Part shown: piece by piece, positions 38,505-48,764 of the stretch
Layout: each line of letters starts with the position of its first letter
Position numbering within the stretch: the first letter of the stretch is position 1
Assembly: GCA_963674965.2 (NCBI GenBank)
Contig: CAXXFL010000002.1
Coordinates: 128,001 to 192,000 of the forward strand
From: a bacterium
GTDB lineage: Bacteria; RBG-13-61-14; DATKZS01
DNA length: 64,000 nucleotides
Direction of reading: 5' to 3'
The notes under the pieces: model-generated
What the model saw: the letters and a program-made list of their open reading frames with translations, nothing else
The model's database searches: none
What the model was told of the DNA's origin: nothing
Made by a program: the position numbers and the translations under genes

Positions 38505-41111
38505 ATGAATACATTGGATAATATTCTGGACCTCGTTCAAACACCCGGGCGCTACCTGCCCATGGAGATGAACGCCGTAAAAAAGGACCTTGGATCGGCT
38601 CGGGTAAAAATAGCCCTTTGTTTCCCCGACGCCTATGAAGTCGGTTTCAGTCACCTGGGCGTAAGGATACTGTACCATCTGATCAACGATATGGAGGGCA
38701 TGGCCTGCGACAGGGCCTACGCTCCCTGGACCGACATGGAAAATCTGATGCGGCGCGAGGGCATTCCCCTTTGCTCCCACGAGAGCGGCCTCCCTTTGCG
38801 CGATTTCGACGTGGTCGGTTTTTCCCTCACCTACGAGCTTTGCTACACCAACGTCCTTAACATACTAGACCTTTCGGGCGTGCCTCTCAAGGCGGCCGAC
38901 AGGGAGGAAGGCGATTGGCCCCTTGTCCTGGGGGGAGGTCCCTGCGCCTCCAACCCCGAGCCGGTGGCGCCCTTTTTCGACGCTTTCCTTTTTGGAGACG
39001 GCGAGGAGGCGGTGCCCCAGATACTGGAGACGGTCGCCAGGTGGAAGGAAAAGGCCGGGAAAAAACGCGATCTGCTCGAGGAACTCTCAGGCGTCGAGGG
39101 CGTTTACATACCCTCCTTTTTCGAGCCCGAGTATAACGCCGACGGGACCGTCAAGGAGATAAGGGCCCTTAAAAAAGGATACGAGAGCGTTAAAAGGCGG
39201 ATCGTCTCCGACCTCGACTCGGCTTACTTCCCGGAGAAACCCATGGTCCCGGTGATCGAGCCCGTCCATGACCGCTTGGCGGTGGAGATAGCCCGGGGCT
39301 GCTCGAGGGGATGCAGGTTCTGCCACGCGGGCGTGGTCTGCCGCCCGGTGAGGGAGCGCTCGCCGGAGAGGATCAAGGAAATAATCAGGAATGGCCTCGC
39401 CTCCACGGGCTATGAGGAATGTTCGCTGCTCAGCCTTTCCGTCGGCGACTACTCCTGCGTTTCCAGCCTTCTGGCCGACGTCATCAAGGAGCATTTCGAG
39501 GACCGCGTCTCGATCAGCCTTCCCAGCCTGAGGGTAAAGGGTCTGTCGGACGAGGCCATCGACGCCATCGAGAGCGTGAAGAAAACGGGTTTCACCCTGG
39601 CGCCCGAGGCCGGCACGGAAAGGCTGCGCCGGGTCATCAACAAGGACTTTACCGAGGAGGAGCTGATCGACACGGCCGAGCGGGTGTTCGCTCGAGGCTG
39701 GCTGGGCATGAAGCTTTATTTCATGGTCGGTCTTCCCACGGAGACCGATGAAGACGTGGACCGGATAGCCCGCCTGGCCAACCGGATCGCCTCGATCAAG
39801 GGGGTCAGGGGAAAACCCAGGGTGACCCTTAGCTTGAGCGGCTTCGTGCCCAAGCCCCATACGCCCTTCCAGTGGGAGGGACAGCTCGATGAGGAGGGAA
39901 TAATCAAGGCGCGGGACAGGGTAAGGGACGGCTTTCGCGGCAGAAGCAAAAAGCTCAAGTGGCACGACCCCGCCATGACCGCTCTGGAGGGGGTCTTCAG
40001 CCGGGGGGACAGAAGACTGGCCCGGGTCCTTTTGCTGGCCCATGAAAAAGGGCGCAAGTTTGACGGCTGGAGCGACGGCTTCGATAAAGAGGCCTGGGCC
40101 GAGATTTTTTCCGAGGCCGGCGTCGATCCCACCTTTTACAACGTCCGCGAGCGCGGCCTGGGCGAGGTTTTTCCCTGGGACCGACTCGACGCGCGCGTGG
40201 ATAAGGAGTGGCTTTTAGCGGAAAGGGAAAAAGCCCGCCGCGAGGAGAGGACACCCGATTGCGCCGAGACGGGATGCGTGAATTCATGCGGCGTGTGCGA
40301 TCACCGGGGAATCAGGCCCGAGCGCGACAACGCGGGCTCCACCCCGGCCCGGACCCTGGCCGCCAGGCGCGGCAAGGACGATACGGACGTTTTTTTCGTG
40401 TACCGTTTACGCTACGCCCGCCGCGGCCCCATGCGGTTCATGGGCCAGCTCGAGGTTATACGGCTTTACTCGAGGGCCGTAAGGAGGGCTGGTATTCCCA
40501 TCCGCTACAGCCAGGGATTTACCCCGCTTCCCCGGATCAAGTTCGGGCCTTCCCCCCCGGTGGGCGTGGCCAGCGAGGCCGAGTACGTGGACCTAGACCT
40601 GACGCGGTCCCTCCCCGAGGAGGAGGTCAAAAGAAGAATGGGCTCGGCCTTGCCCGAGGGAATCGAGGTCTTGTCGGTCGAGTCCATACCCGCGAAATCT
40701 ACCCCCATTACGGCCGCGGTCACTGGTTTCGACTACGTGGTAATAATTCCTCCCGGCGTGGAGGCGGTTTTTATGGAGGACGACGCGGATAAGTTCATGG
40801 CCCTCGATGAGGCCCCTCTGGTACAAAAGCGCGAAAAAGGCGAGCGCGAGGTGGATATAAGATCGAGAGTGAAGTATATAAATGTAGAGGACCAAAAAAC
40901 GGTTAAGCTTGGGTTGAAAGTGGTCGAGGGGCCCGGAGTCAAGCCGCTCGAGCTTATCGAGTACGTTTTCGGCGTGGCCGGCGACGACCTGAAGCGGCTT
41001 CAAGTGACCAGGCTGGACGCGAAGTTCATGCGGGCGAGCCCGATCAGGTACTCGGGAAAACCCGACCGGACCAGGCGGGGCCCCTCCCGGGGAAAAAGGA
41101 GGACGCGTTGA
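38505..41111 (+). CDS. TIGR03960-type B12-binding radical SAM protein fused to TIGR03936-type (DUF2344) domain
   Basis: FPDAYEVG, RGCSRGCRFC, LAPEAGTERLR, FVPKPHTPFQW; C-terminal RRAGIPIRYSQGF. Confidence 0.92.
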   Translation: MNTLDNILDLVQTPGRYLPMEMNAVKKDLGSARVKIALCFPDAYEVGFSHLGVRILYHLINDMEGMACDRAYAPWTDMENLMRREGIPLCSHESGLPLRDFDVVGFSLTYELCYTNVLNILDLSGVPLKAADREEGDWPLVLGGGPCASNPEPVAPFFDAFLFGDGEEAVPQILETVARWKEKAGKKRDLLEELSGVEGVYIPSFFEPEYNADGTVKEIRALKKGYESVKRRIVSDLDSAYFPEKPMVPVIEPVHDRLAVEIARGCSRGCRFCHAGVVCRPVRERSPERIKEIIRNGLASTGYEECSLLSLSVGDYSCVSSLLADVIKEHFEDRVSISLPSLRVKGLSDEAIDAIESVKKTGFTLAPEAGTERLRRVINKDFTEEELIDTAERVFARGWLGMKLYFMVGLPTETDEDVDRIARLANRIASIKGVRGKPRVTLSLSGFVPKPHTPFQWEGQLDEEGIIKARDRVRDGFRGRSKKLKWHDPAMTALEGVFSRGDRRLARVLLLAHEKGRKFDGWSDGFDKEAWAEIFSEAGVDPTFYNVRERGLGEVFPWDRLDARVDKEWLLAEREKARREERTPDCAETGCVNSCGVCDHRGIRPERDNAGSTPARTLAARRGKDDTDVFFVYRLRYARRGPMRFMGQLEVIRLYSRAVRRAGIPIRYSQGFTPLPRIKFGPSPPVGVASEAEYVDLDLTRSLPEEEVKRRMGSALPEGIEVLSVESIPAKSTPITAAVTGFDYVVIIPPGVEAVFMEDDADKFMALDEAPLVQKREKGEREVDIRSRVKYINVEDQKTVKLGLKVVEGPGVKPLELIEYVFGVAGDDLKRLQVTRLDAKFMRASPIRYSGKPDRTRRGPSRGKRRTR

Positions 41112-41139
41112 AAGAACTCTCAGGTTATTACGGCGGAAG

Positions 41140-42672
41140 ATGATGAGAGACGAAATACTTATTAACGTGACCTTACAGGAGACTCGAGTCGCCGTCATCG
41201 AGAACGGGGTCCTGGCGGAGTTGTACATCGAGAGGAACGCCGACCGGGGCATCGTGGGCAACATTTACAAGGGCAGGGTGGTAAGGGTCCTGCCCGGCAT
41301 GCAGGCCGCCTTCGTGGACATAGGCATGGACCGCGCCGCTTTCCTTTACGTTTCCGAGGTGATACCCCATTGGCGAAGCGGCATGCAGGACGGGTTCGAC
41401 GGACTGGGCCCGGGGGTTGATCCTTCCTCGCCCAAGGGGGCAAGCCCGCCCGCCATCGAGGAACTACTCCAGGACGGCCAGGACGTTCTGGTGCAGGTGA
41501 CCAAGGAGCCTCTCGGCACCAAGGGCGCGCAGATCACCACTCACGTCACCTTGCCCGGCAGGTACCTGGTTTATATGCCCACTTTCCACCATATAGGAGT
41601 CAGCCGCCGGATTGAGGACGAGAAGAAAAGGGCCCAGCTCCGCAAGATGGTGGAGGACATGAGGCCGAGCGATTCGGGAGGTTTCATCGTCCGGACCGCC
41701 AGCGTGGACTACGCGGAAAAGGCCCTCAAGGCGGACATGGATTACCTGATGAAGGAATGGGACGCCATCTGCCAGAGGTCGGCGAGCGCCGGCTCTCCCA
41801 ATATTATTCATCGCGAGTTGTCCCTCGACCTCAAGGTCATAAGGGACCTCCTGAACGAGAACGTGAGAAAAGTCATCGTGGACTGCGAGTCCCAATACGC
41901 CGAGATTCTTTCCTTTATGGAAAGGTTCATGGGGGACAGGGTCGACGCGGTCGAGCTTTACCGCTCCGAGACCCCGCTTTTCGAGAGCGCCGGCATCGAG
42001 ATCGAGATCGCCAGGGCCCTCGAGCGCAGGGTCTGGCTCAAGAGCGGAGGCTATATAGTGATCGATCAGACCGAGGCCCTTAACGCCATCGACGTGAACA
42101 CCGGCCGCTACGTGGGCAAGAGGAATTTCGAGGAGACCATCCTCAAGACGAATCTCGAGGCGGTCAAGGAGATAGTCTACCAGCTTCGTCTCAGGAACAT
42201 AGGGGGCCTGATAATAATCGACTTCATCGACATGGCCAACACCCAGAACCGTGAGAGGGTCTACCAGTCCCTCGAGGAGGAACTGAAAAAGGACAAGACC
42301 AAGACGACCATCCTCAAGATGAGCGAGCTGGGCCTGGTCGAGATGACCCGGAAGAGGGCTCGGGAAAACCTCTACCAGGTCCTTTGCGAGCCCTGCCCCT
42401 ATTGTGAGGGCAAGGGATATCTTAAATCCAGGACCACCGTGTGCCACGAGATTTTCCGGGAGGTTAGAAAGGGCGCCGGCATATACATGGGCAAACAGGT
42501 CAACCTTTACGTGAACCCGGAGGTGGCGGACCTCCTCTTCAACGAGGAAAGGGACGGGATCACGGAACTGGAGCGCGAACTGGAGATCATGGTCGAGATA
42601 ATGGTTAACAACTCCTTCCACCAGGAACAGTTCGAGGTGGAGGCCATGGCGCGAATAGCGTCGGAGGATTGA
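41140..42672 (+). CDS. rng: Ribonuclease G (Rne/Rng family, catalytic domain only)
   Basis: GNIYKGRV, LPGMQAAFVDIG, IDVNTG, RLRNIGGLIIIDFIDM, CPYCEG; 510 aa. Confidence 0.95.
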   Translation: MMRDEILINVTLQETRVAVIENGVLAELYIERNADRGIVGNIYKGRVVRVLPGMQAAFVDIGMDRAAFLYVSEVIPHWRSGMQDGFDGLGPGVDPSSPKGASPPAIEELLQDGQDVLVQVTKEPLGTKGAQITTHVTLPGRYLVYMPTFHHIGVSRRIEDEKKRAQLRKMVEDMRPSDSGGFIVRTASVDYAEKALKADMDYLMKEWDAICQRSASAGSPNIIHRELSLDLKVIRDLLNENVRKVIVDCESQYAEILSFMERFMGDRVDAVELYRSETPLFESAGIEIEIARALERRVWLKSGGYIVIDQTEALNAIDVNTGRYVGKRNFEETILKTNLEAVKEIVYQLRLRNIGGLIIIDFIDMANTQNRERVYQSLEEELKKDKTKTTILKMSELGLVEMTRKRARENLYQVLCEPCPYCEGKGYLKSRTTVCHEIFREVRKGAGIYMGKQVNLYVNPEVADLLFNEERDGITELERELEIMVEIMVNNSFHQEQFEVEAMARIASED

Positions 42673-42674
42673 TT

Positions 42675-45600
42675 ATGGCCAAGGACGAAAGGATCGGCGA
42701 TCTTCTCGTGAAGGCGGGAATGATCGATGACATGCAGCTGAAATCCGCTCTGGGCCATCAGAAGAGGTGGGGCGGAAAGATCGGAAAGGCCCTCGTGGAC
42801 CTGGGGTTCATCGAGGAGGACACCATGCTCAAGTTCCTTTCCGAGCACTTCAAGATGAAGGCCGTCAATCTCCTGAGATCGAGGATCGCTCCCCATACCT
42901 TCGAGGCCGTGCCCCTCGACCTGGCCAGGAAATATTCCGTGGTGCCGGTGATTGTAAAGGGACAGGGAACCAAAAAAAGCATCGTCCTGGCCATGAGCGA
43001 GCCCGCCGACCTTTCAGCCATCGACGACATCCAGTTCTCCACCGGCGCCAAGGTCGAGCCCGTCCTGGCCACCGAGTCGGCCATTCACAAGGTAATTCAG
43101 AACTACGGTAACTACTCGCCCGAGATGGCCAGGGAATATAACTTTCAGGAGTCGGCCGCTCCTCATACTTTACGTAAAATGTCCGCGCAAAAACCCGCTC
43201 CGGCCCCTCCCCAAAGGGTGGCCAAGCCCGCCCCGCCCCCTCCGAAAAAATCATCTTCCCGGGCCACGCCCGAGGAGGAGGACATCTTCTTCAAGGAGGA
43301 AAATCTCGAGCCCGGCGTGGACGACGCGGAACTCTCCGCGGGGGACGGCCTCGAGGTGGTAAAGGGCGACGTGATCATGCTTAAGGCCACGAAGGCGGCG
43401 CCTAAAAAGCCGGTCGCCCGTCCCGCGCCTTCTCAGCCACCCCCCGCCCAGGACGCCGACGTGCTGCTTGGGGCCAAGAAAAAGGGGACCGAGGACTCGC
43501 CTTTCCTTATGGATGGTTTTTCGGACGAGGATTCCGAGGAAATCCTCACTCCCGAGATTATCAGGGAGGCGAGCGACCCGGGGGGCGGCGTGGCCATGCC
43601 TCCCCCCCCGGACAACTCCAACGCCATATCCCAGCCCCCCCTCGAGCTCGGAGAAGAGATGGGCAAGCCGAACGTGACGCCGGCCCCCCTCGACGTCCCT
43701 CCTCCATTCGAGCCCCTTGAAGAAAAAGGCCCCGGCGAGCCGCCCGAGGATGAATCGAGCGACCTGGACGATCTGCCCAGCTTCGAGGCCCCCCCTCTCC
43801 TCGATGAGAAGAAGGCGGCCATGGAGGAACCCTACGGACAGCCCGGTCCTCCTCCTCCCCCCGGCATGGTGGAAGAGGAAATCGCCGTCAGGGCCGAGCC
43901 CAAGTTCGACGTTCCCTCCGTCTTCGACGACCCGTCCAGGGACATGGGCGTGCCCGGCCTTTTCTCCGAGGCTGACGACCTCGCCCCGCCATCCTTTGAA
44001 GGACCCGGCGGAGGCTCGGTGCCGGGTCTTATCACCGAGGAAACGCCGGCCGATCTGATCGACGAAATCTCCGCCGGCGCCTCCGATCGCGGCGGGGTCC
44101 CGACCATCGACGTGCCGCCGGTTTTCGAGGATTTTCCCGACGGGCCTATTTCCGAGCCGGAGCCGGAACCGCCCGTAATGGCCGGGGGGCTGGCCCCGCC
44201 CGAGATGGACCTGCCCCCTATCGACGAGCCCTCGTCGGGTCTTGACCTTCCGCCCATGATGGGGGACGGTGACGGCGGGGTAGGGGACTTTGTGGCCCCC
44301 GCCCACGAGCTTCAGACCGAGGCATTCTCCGAGGAGAAGGAGGAGGACGCGCCGGTCGTGCCCATCGATCTGCCCGATTATGAACCGGCCGAGATAGAAT
44401 TCGCCGCGGCCCATGAGTTCGTTTCCATGACCACGACCGAGACCGAGTTTTCTCCCGACGGCGAATCCGGGTTGGATATCGGCGGTGGATCGGAGGACCT
44501 GGGAGACGATTTTATTTCCAGGATCGGCGACGACGATTATAATGAAATGTCCATGGCGGAGGCCGGCCCCGCCGAAGATGATGAGGAACCGCCCGAACTC
44601 GAGATGGAAGTGCCCGCCCTGGATAACTCGGCCGCGCCCGACCTCGGGAAGATGGCCCCCGAATCACCGGGCCTGCCCTCGCTGGACCTGCCTCCCATAG
44701 ACGATTCGCCTCCGCCGATGGGCGAGGCGCCGATATTCAAAACCCAGGAGGAGGAAGAGGATTTGTTTTCCGCTCCTCCCATGACCGAGCCGGACGGCTT
44801 TGGTGAAGGATCGGACTTATGGGGGGGGAAAGCCGCGCCCTCTCAAAGCGAGGACCTCGAGTGGAGCCAGGGAGGAGACTCGGGCGAACAGGATATATGG
44901 GGGAGCGATGGAATAGGCGACGAGTCCTTGCCCGGAGGGTCCGAAGGCGAGGCCGAGCCGCCACCACCCCCGCCGTCCTTCGAGGCCGGGCCGCCGCCGG
45001 GATTTGAAGATCACGTGCCCGACTTTTTGAAAGACGATCCCCCCGCGCCGGAAGAGGAAGGTCCCGATGAAGAAACGGTGGGATTGAAAGCCTCCGAGCC
45101 GGAAGAGAAAAAAGTCGGTCCCTTGTCCTCGCTTCCCTTCGAGGGACCTCCCCCCATGGACGATCCCGGCCTGGCGGGACCGGACCTGGCCCCGCCTCCA
45201 GCCGAGCCCAAACCAGCGGCCGAGGAGGGACCGGCGATCAAAGAGTCTCCTCTTGACTTGCCCCCGCCCCCACCACCCGAGGCGGATACGGCAAAGCCCA
45301 AGCCGATCGATAACGTGGAAGAGATCGACCTGGGAGGAGACGACCCCATTTCCAGTTTCGATCTGGGGTCCCCCGCCGGCTCGGGAGACGTTTTCGCCAA
45401 GGAGGAGCCTGTCCCGCCGCCCGCGCCGGAAATCGAGGAGCCGAAGGAGGAGCTGAAAACGGAGCCCCCACCGGCGGCGGCAAAAGAGATTGCCCCCAAA
45501 CCGGTGGAACCGGAAGTCGGAGACAGCCCCGAGCTTCTGGGCGAGTTCAAACAGGTGGCAGTGGCCGCCGACGATGAGCCGGAGTCCGAATCGACCCTTG

Positions 45601-45851
45601 ACCAGATAGAAAAAATGATGGACATGGGCGACGCCTTTTTGGACACAAGCGAGGTCAAGATGCGTCTTCAGCAGGTGGCCAGGCTGGAAGTTGACGTAAA
45701 GGAAAGAGAATATCAGTTCGACGAGCTTTTGAACCTTATGATGAAAAAGGAGATGGGCGAGATAACCCAGGAGCTTTTTATGAAGGAACTTAAGGTCCTG
45801 AAAGCAAAAGTGGACGAAACCAGGGAAAGTAAAAAAGATAATAAGAGCTAA
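42675..45851 (+). CDS. MshEN/T2SSE_N-domain protein with long acidic Pro-rich low-complexity region
   Basis: RIGDLLVKAGMIDDMQLKSALGHQ and KIGKALVDLGFI repeats; no Walker A motif; P/E/D-rich middle; helical C-terminus. Confidence 0.85.
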   Translation: MAKDERIGDLLVKAGMIDDMQLKSALGHQKRWGGKIGKALVDLGFIEEDTMLKFLSEHFKMKAVNLLRSRIAPHTFEAVPLDLARKYSVVPVIVKGQGTKKSIVLAMSEPADLSAIDDIQFSTGAKVEPVLATESAIHKVIQNYGNYSPEMAREYNFQESAAPHTLRKMSAQKPAPAPPQRVAKPAPPPPKKSSSRATPEEEDIFFKEENLEPGVDDAELSAGDGLEVVKGDVIMLKATKAAPKKPVARPAPSQPPPAQDADVLLGAKKKGTEDSPFLMDGFSDEDSEEILTPEIIREASDPGGGVAMPPPPDNSNAISQPPLELGEEMGKPNVTPAPLDVPPPFEPLEEKGPGEPPEDESSDLDDLPSFEAPPLLDEKKAAMEEPYGQPGPPPPPGMVEEEIAVRAEPKFDVPSVFDDPSRDMGVPGLFSEADDLAPPSFEGPGGGSVPGLITEETPADLIDEISAGASDRGGVPTIDVPPVFEDFPDGPISEPEPEPPVMAGGLAPPEMDLPPIDEPSSGLDLPPMMGDGDGGVGDFVAPAHELQTEAFSEEKEEDAPVVPIDLPDYEPAEIEFAAAHEFVSMTTTETEFSPDGESGLDIGGGSEDLGDDFISRIGDDDYNEMSMAEAGPAEDDEEPPELEMEVPALDNSAAPDLGKMAPESPGLPSLDLPPIDDSPPPMGEAPIFKTQEEEEDLFSAPPMTEPDGFGEGSDLWGGKAAPSQSEDLEWSQGGDSGEQDIWGSDGIGDESLPGGSEGEAEPPPPPPSFEAGPPPGFEDHVPDFLKDDPPAPEEEGPDEETVGLKASEPEEKKVGPLSSLPFEGPPPMDDPGLAGPDLAPPPAEPKPAAEEGPAIKESPLDLPPPPPPEADTAKPKPIDNVEEIDLGGDDPISSFDLGSPAGSGDVFAKEEPVPPPAPEIEEPKEELKTEPPPAAAKEIAPKPVEPEVGDSPELLGEFKQVAVAADDEPESESTLDQIEKMMDMGDAFLDTSEVKMRLQQVARLEVDVKEREYQFDELLNLMMKKEMGEITQELFMKELKVLKAKVDETRESKKDNKS

Positions 45852-45964
45852 GTGGGCGCGAGGCGCCCGGCGTCCATGACCGCTATCCGCCCTTTATCCG
45901 CGTCAATAATGGCGCGAATGTCTTTTAAATCTCATTTCCGAGATTAAAACGTGTCGATCGCGTC

Positions 45965-46177
45965 TTAAACCTGGGGCAACACGAAGTCCTTATGGTCTTT
46001 CGTGTACTCGTAGAGCGGCAGCTTGGACCCTCTTTTCATGCATTTCTTGTAGATGGGACAATTGACGCAATTGGCCCCGTTGCATTTGGAATCCAATTCC
46101 TCTGAACTTAGCACGAGCGCGCCGTTGAAGGCGCCGCACATTTTAATCTGCCGGCCGATTAAAAATTGACAACTCAT
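45965..46177 (-). CDS. Small Cys-rich (probable metal-binding) protein
   Basis: MSCQFL...CGA...C...C..CPIY..C; AAGGGA RBS; own promoter. Confidence 0.7.
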   Translation of the reverse strand: MSCQFLIGRQIKMCGAFNGALVLSSEELDSKCNGANCVNCPIYKKCMKRGSKLPLYEYTKDHKDFVLPQV

Positions 46178-46282
46178 TGGTTCGTCCCTTTCGTAAGATT
46201 GCAGTCAAGGCGTTAAGGGCCGGCAACGGGAGCGTGGAGCTTTTACGGCGGCGAGCGGAGCATACATTTATCCTTAATGTAG

Positions 46283-46311
46283 AATATAAATAAATAATTG
46301 TCTTTTGTCAA
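46283..46311 (-). promoter_or_regulatory. Sigma70-type promoter
   Basis: Minus strand TTGACA-17 nt-TATATT in an AT-rich tract. Confidence 0.55.
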
Positions 46312-46692
46312 TCTTTTTATTAATTTTTTCTAAAAAATCTTTTTCGAGACTTTGCCTCCCTTTTGCAGTATGACCAGTAACTACCAGATATCAAAAGTTA
46401 ATTGGTGGCTGGACCTTTCGTGGAAAAACAAAGCTTATCTGGAAAATAAGGAATGAACCTCCATCCAAGATCAGCCCCCAAAGCGTCGGATAATATCGGG
46501 CAACGATTACCCATTTTAATCGTCAGAATCCCGAGAGGAATATATGGGGGCCAAAAAGCGATTTGTCATTTATTCCCAATTTGATAACATACAAGCCAAG
46601 CGGGACTTTGGTTCCTGGATCGCCAATTTATCCGAGGCCGTTTTGCAGCTGATTTACAAATTCGGCGCCACTTCGGCCAGGGGAGGAAGTTC

Positions 46693-47454
46693 ATGACCGA
46701 CGGTTTGTCCGGATTTAAATGCCTCGTCACCGGCGCGGGCGGCGGAATTGGCTCGGCCATCTGCCTGAGGCTGGCGGAAAAAGGGGCCATGGTGGCGGCG
46801 GCCGACGTTAACGAGGAAAAAGCCGCCCTGACCGCGAAGAAAATAGAAGACAAAGGCGGGCGCTGCTTTGCTCTCGTGGCTGACGTCTCCCGGCGGGAGG
46901 ACGCTGACCGCATGGTAAGCCTGGCCGTCGAGAAAATGAAAGGGCTGGACGTGCTGGTCAACAACGCCGGCGTGGCCACGGCCTCCTTTATCGAGTCCGT
47001 CACCGACGAGGAGATCGCGAGGGTATTGGGCGTGAACCTTATCGGCGCGCTCATGGTCACCAGGGCGGCGAGTCCCCATCTTCGAAAAAGCCAAAACGGC
47101 CGGATCATAAACGTGTCCAGCGTCGAGGGCATCCGGGGGTCCGGCCTGGTTCCGGTTTACAGCTCGAGCAAGGCCGGGCTTATCGGCCTGACCAGGTCCA
47201 ACGCCATCGAGTTCGCCCGGTTCGGGGTCACGGTCAACGCCGTGTGTCCGGGACCGATCGACACGGACATGCTGGCGCCCATGATGGCCAACGAGAAGTT
47301 CAGGGAGAAGGTTATGAAGGGCGTTCCCCTCCGGCGGGTGGGAAAGCCCGAGGACGTGGCCGGCGTGGTGGCCTTTTTGGCGTCGCCCGAGGCGTCCTTT
47401 TTAACCGGCAACGAGATAGTGATCGACGGCGGCATGACCTTGAAGGCGCTGTAA
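46693..47454 (+). CDS. SDR oxidoreductase (FabG-like)
   Basis: TGAGGGIG, NNAG, YSSSK, VNAVCPG, IDGG. Confidence 0.92.
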   Translation: MTDGLSGFKCLVTGAGGGIGSAICLRLAEKGAMVAAADVNEEKAALTAKKIEDKGGRCFALVADVSRREDADRMVSLAVEKMKGLDVLVNNAGVATASFIESVTDEEIARVLGVNLIGALMVTRAASPHLRKSQNGRIINVSSVEGIRGSGLVPVYSSSKAGLIGLTRSNAIEFARFGVTVNAVCPGPIDTDMLAPMMANEKFREKVMKGVPLRRVGKPEDVAGVVAFLASPEASFLTGNEIVIDGGMTLKAL

Positions 47455-47483
47455 AAGAAAAGGTCCCCTTTTTGGAGGCTCTC

Positions 47484-48740
47484 ATGCGTGACGTTTACGT
47501 AATCGGCGTTGGAATGACTCGGTTCGGAAAGTACCCGGAGGAGACGATCAAGACCCTATCCCGCAAGGCCGTGAACGCGGCTTGCGAGCACGCGGGGATC
47601 AAGACCTCGGATATTAGGATCGCCTCGGTGGGCAACGCCTTTCAAGGCATAGCCACCGGCCAGGAGTCCATCCGCGGGCAGGTGGTGCTCCGGGCCATGG
47701 GGATAGGAGACATTCCCGTGTTCAACCTCGAGAACGCCTGCGCCAGCTCGGCCACGGCCTTTCAAGTCTGCTGGATGGACCTGGCCCTGGGCATACACGA
47801 CGTGGGCCTGGCCTTGGGCTTCGAGAAGATGTACCTCGACGACCGGGACAAGCGCCTCAGCCTTTTCTCGGCCGCCATGGACCAGGACGTGGTGGCCATG
47901 ATCCTGAAAATGGCCAGAAGCCACGAGGCCTCGGTCAAGGAAAAGGAAAAGAAAGCCGGCGGCGAGGCAAAGGACAAGGTTGGCAAGAAAAGCGCCTTCA
48001 TGGAGCTTTACGCCATGGCCGCCCGCATGCACATGGACAAATATGGGACCACCCAGCGCCAGTTCGCGGCCATCAGCGCCAAGAACCACACCAACAGTCA
48101 ACATAATCCCTACGCCCAGTACCGGGAGCCCATGACCGTCGAGGAGGTGCTGGCGGCGCCGGAGGTGTCATATCCTCTGACTCGGCCCATGTGCTCGCCC
48201 GTGGGCGACGGCGCGGCGGCGGCCATCTTGGCCACCCGGGAGGGAGTGAAGAAGCTGGGCGCGGCCAAGCCGGTGAAAATCCTGGCCGCGGTCCTGGGCT
48301 CGGGCAAGGACAGGGGCCTTAACGACCCGGACCTGGGCGAGCGCCTGGCCCAGGTGGCCTACGAGACGGCCGGCGTGGGTCCCACGGACGTGGACCTCCT
48401 CGAGGTACACGACGCCACGGCCTATGGGGAACTCAGGGCCATCGAGGGACTGGGCTTTTGTCCGCTCGGGGAGGGAGGGCCCTTTTCCGAGGCCGGCCAC
48501 ACGGCCATCGGCGGCAAGATAGCGGTGAACCCGTCGGGCGGCCTCGAGAGCAAGGGCCATCCCGTCGGCGCCACGGGCGTGGGCCAGATAGCGGAGATCG
48601 TCTGGCAGCTCCGGGGCGAGGCGGGCAAGAGACAGGTCGGGGGCGCGCGGATCGGTATGACGGAGAACGGGGGAGGCAACATAGGCCTCGAGGAGGCGGC
48701 CATGAACATAACTCTTCTCGAGGCGGTGGACTCGGTTTAG
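47484..48740 (+). CDS. Thiolase, SCP-x type
   Basis: GGAGG RBS; ENACASS, CSPVGDGAAA, EVHDA, NPSGGLESKGHPVGATG. Confidence 0.92.
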   Translation: MRDVYVIGVGMTRFGKYPEETIKTLSRKAVNAACEHAGIKTSDIRIASVGNAFQGIATGQESIRGQVVLRAMGIGDIPVFNLENACASSATAFQVCWMDLALGIHDVGLALGFEKMYLDDRDKRLSLFSAAMDQDVVAMILKMARSHEASVKEKEKKAGGEAKDKVGKKSAFMELYAMAARMHMDKYGTTQRQFAAISAKNHTNSQHNPYAQYREPMTVEEVLAAPEVSYPLTRPMCSPVGDGAAAAILATREGVKKLGAAKPVKILAAVLGSGKDRGLNDPDLGERLAQVAYETAGVGPTDVDLLEVHDATAYGELRAIEGLGFCPLGEGGPFSEAGHTAIGGKIAVNPSGGLESKGHPVGATGVGQIAEIVWQLRGEAGKRQVGGARIGMTENGGGNIGLEEAAMNITLLEAVDSV

Positions 48741-48764
48741 CCATTTCATCCAATGGAGGCGAAG

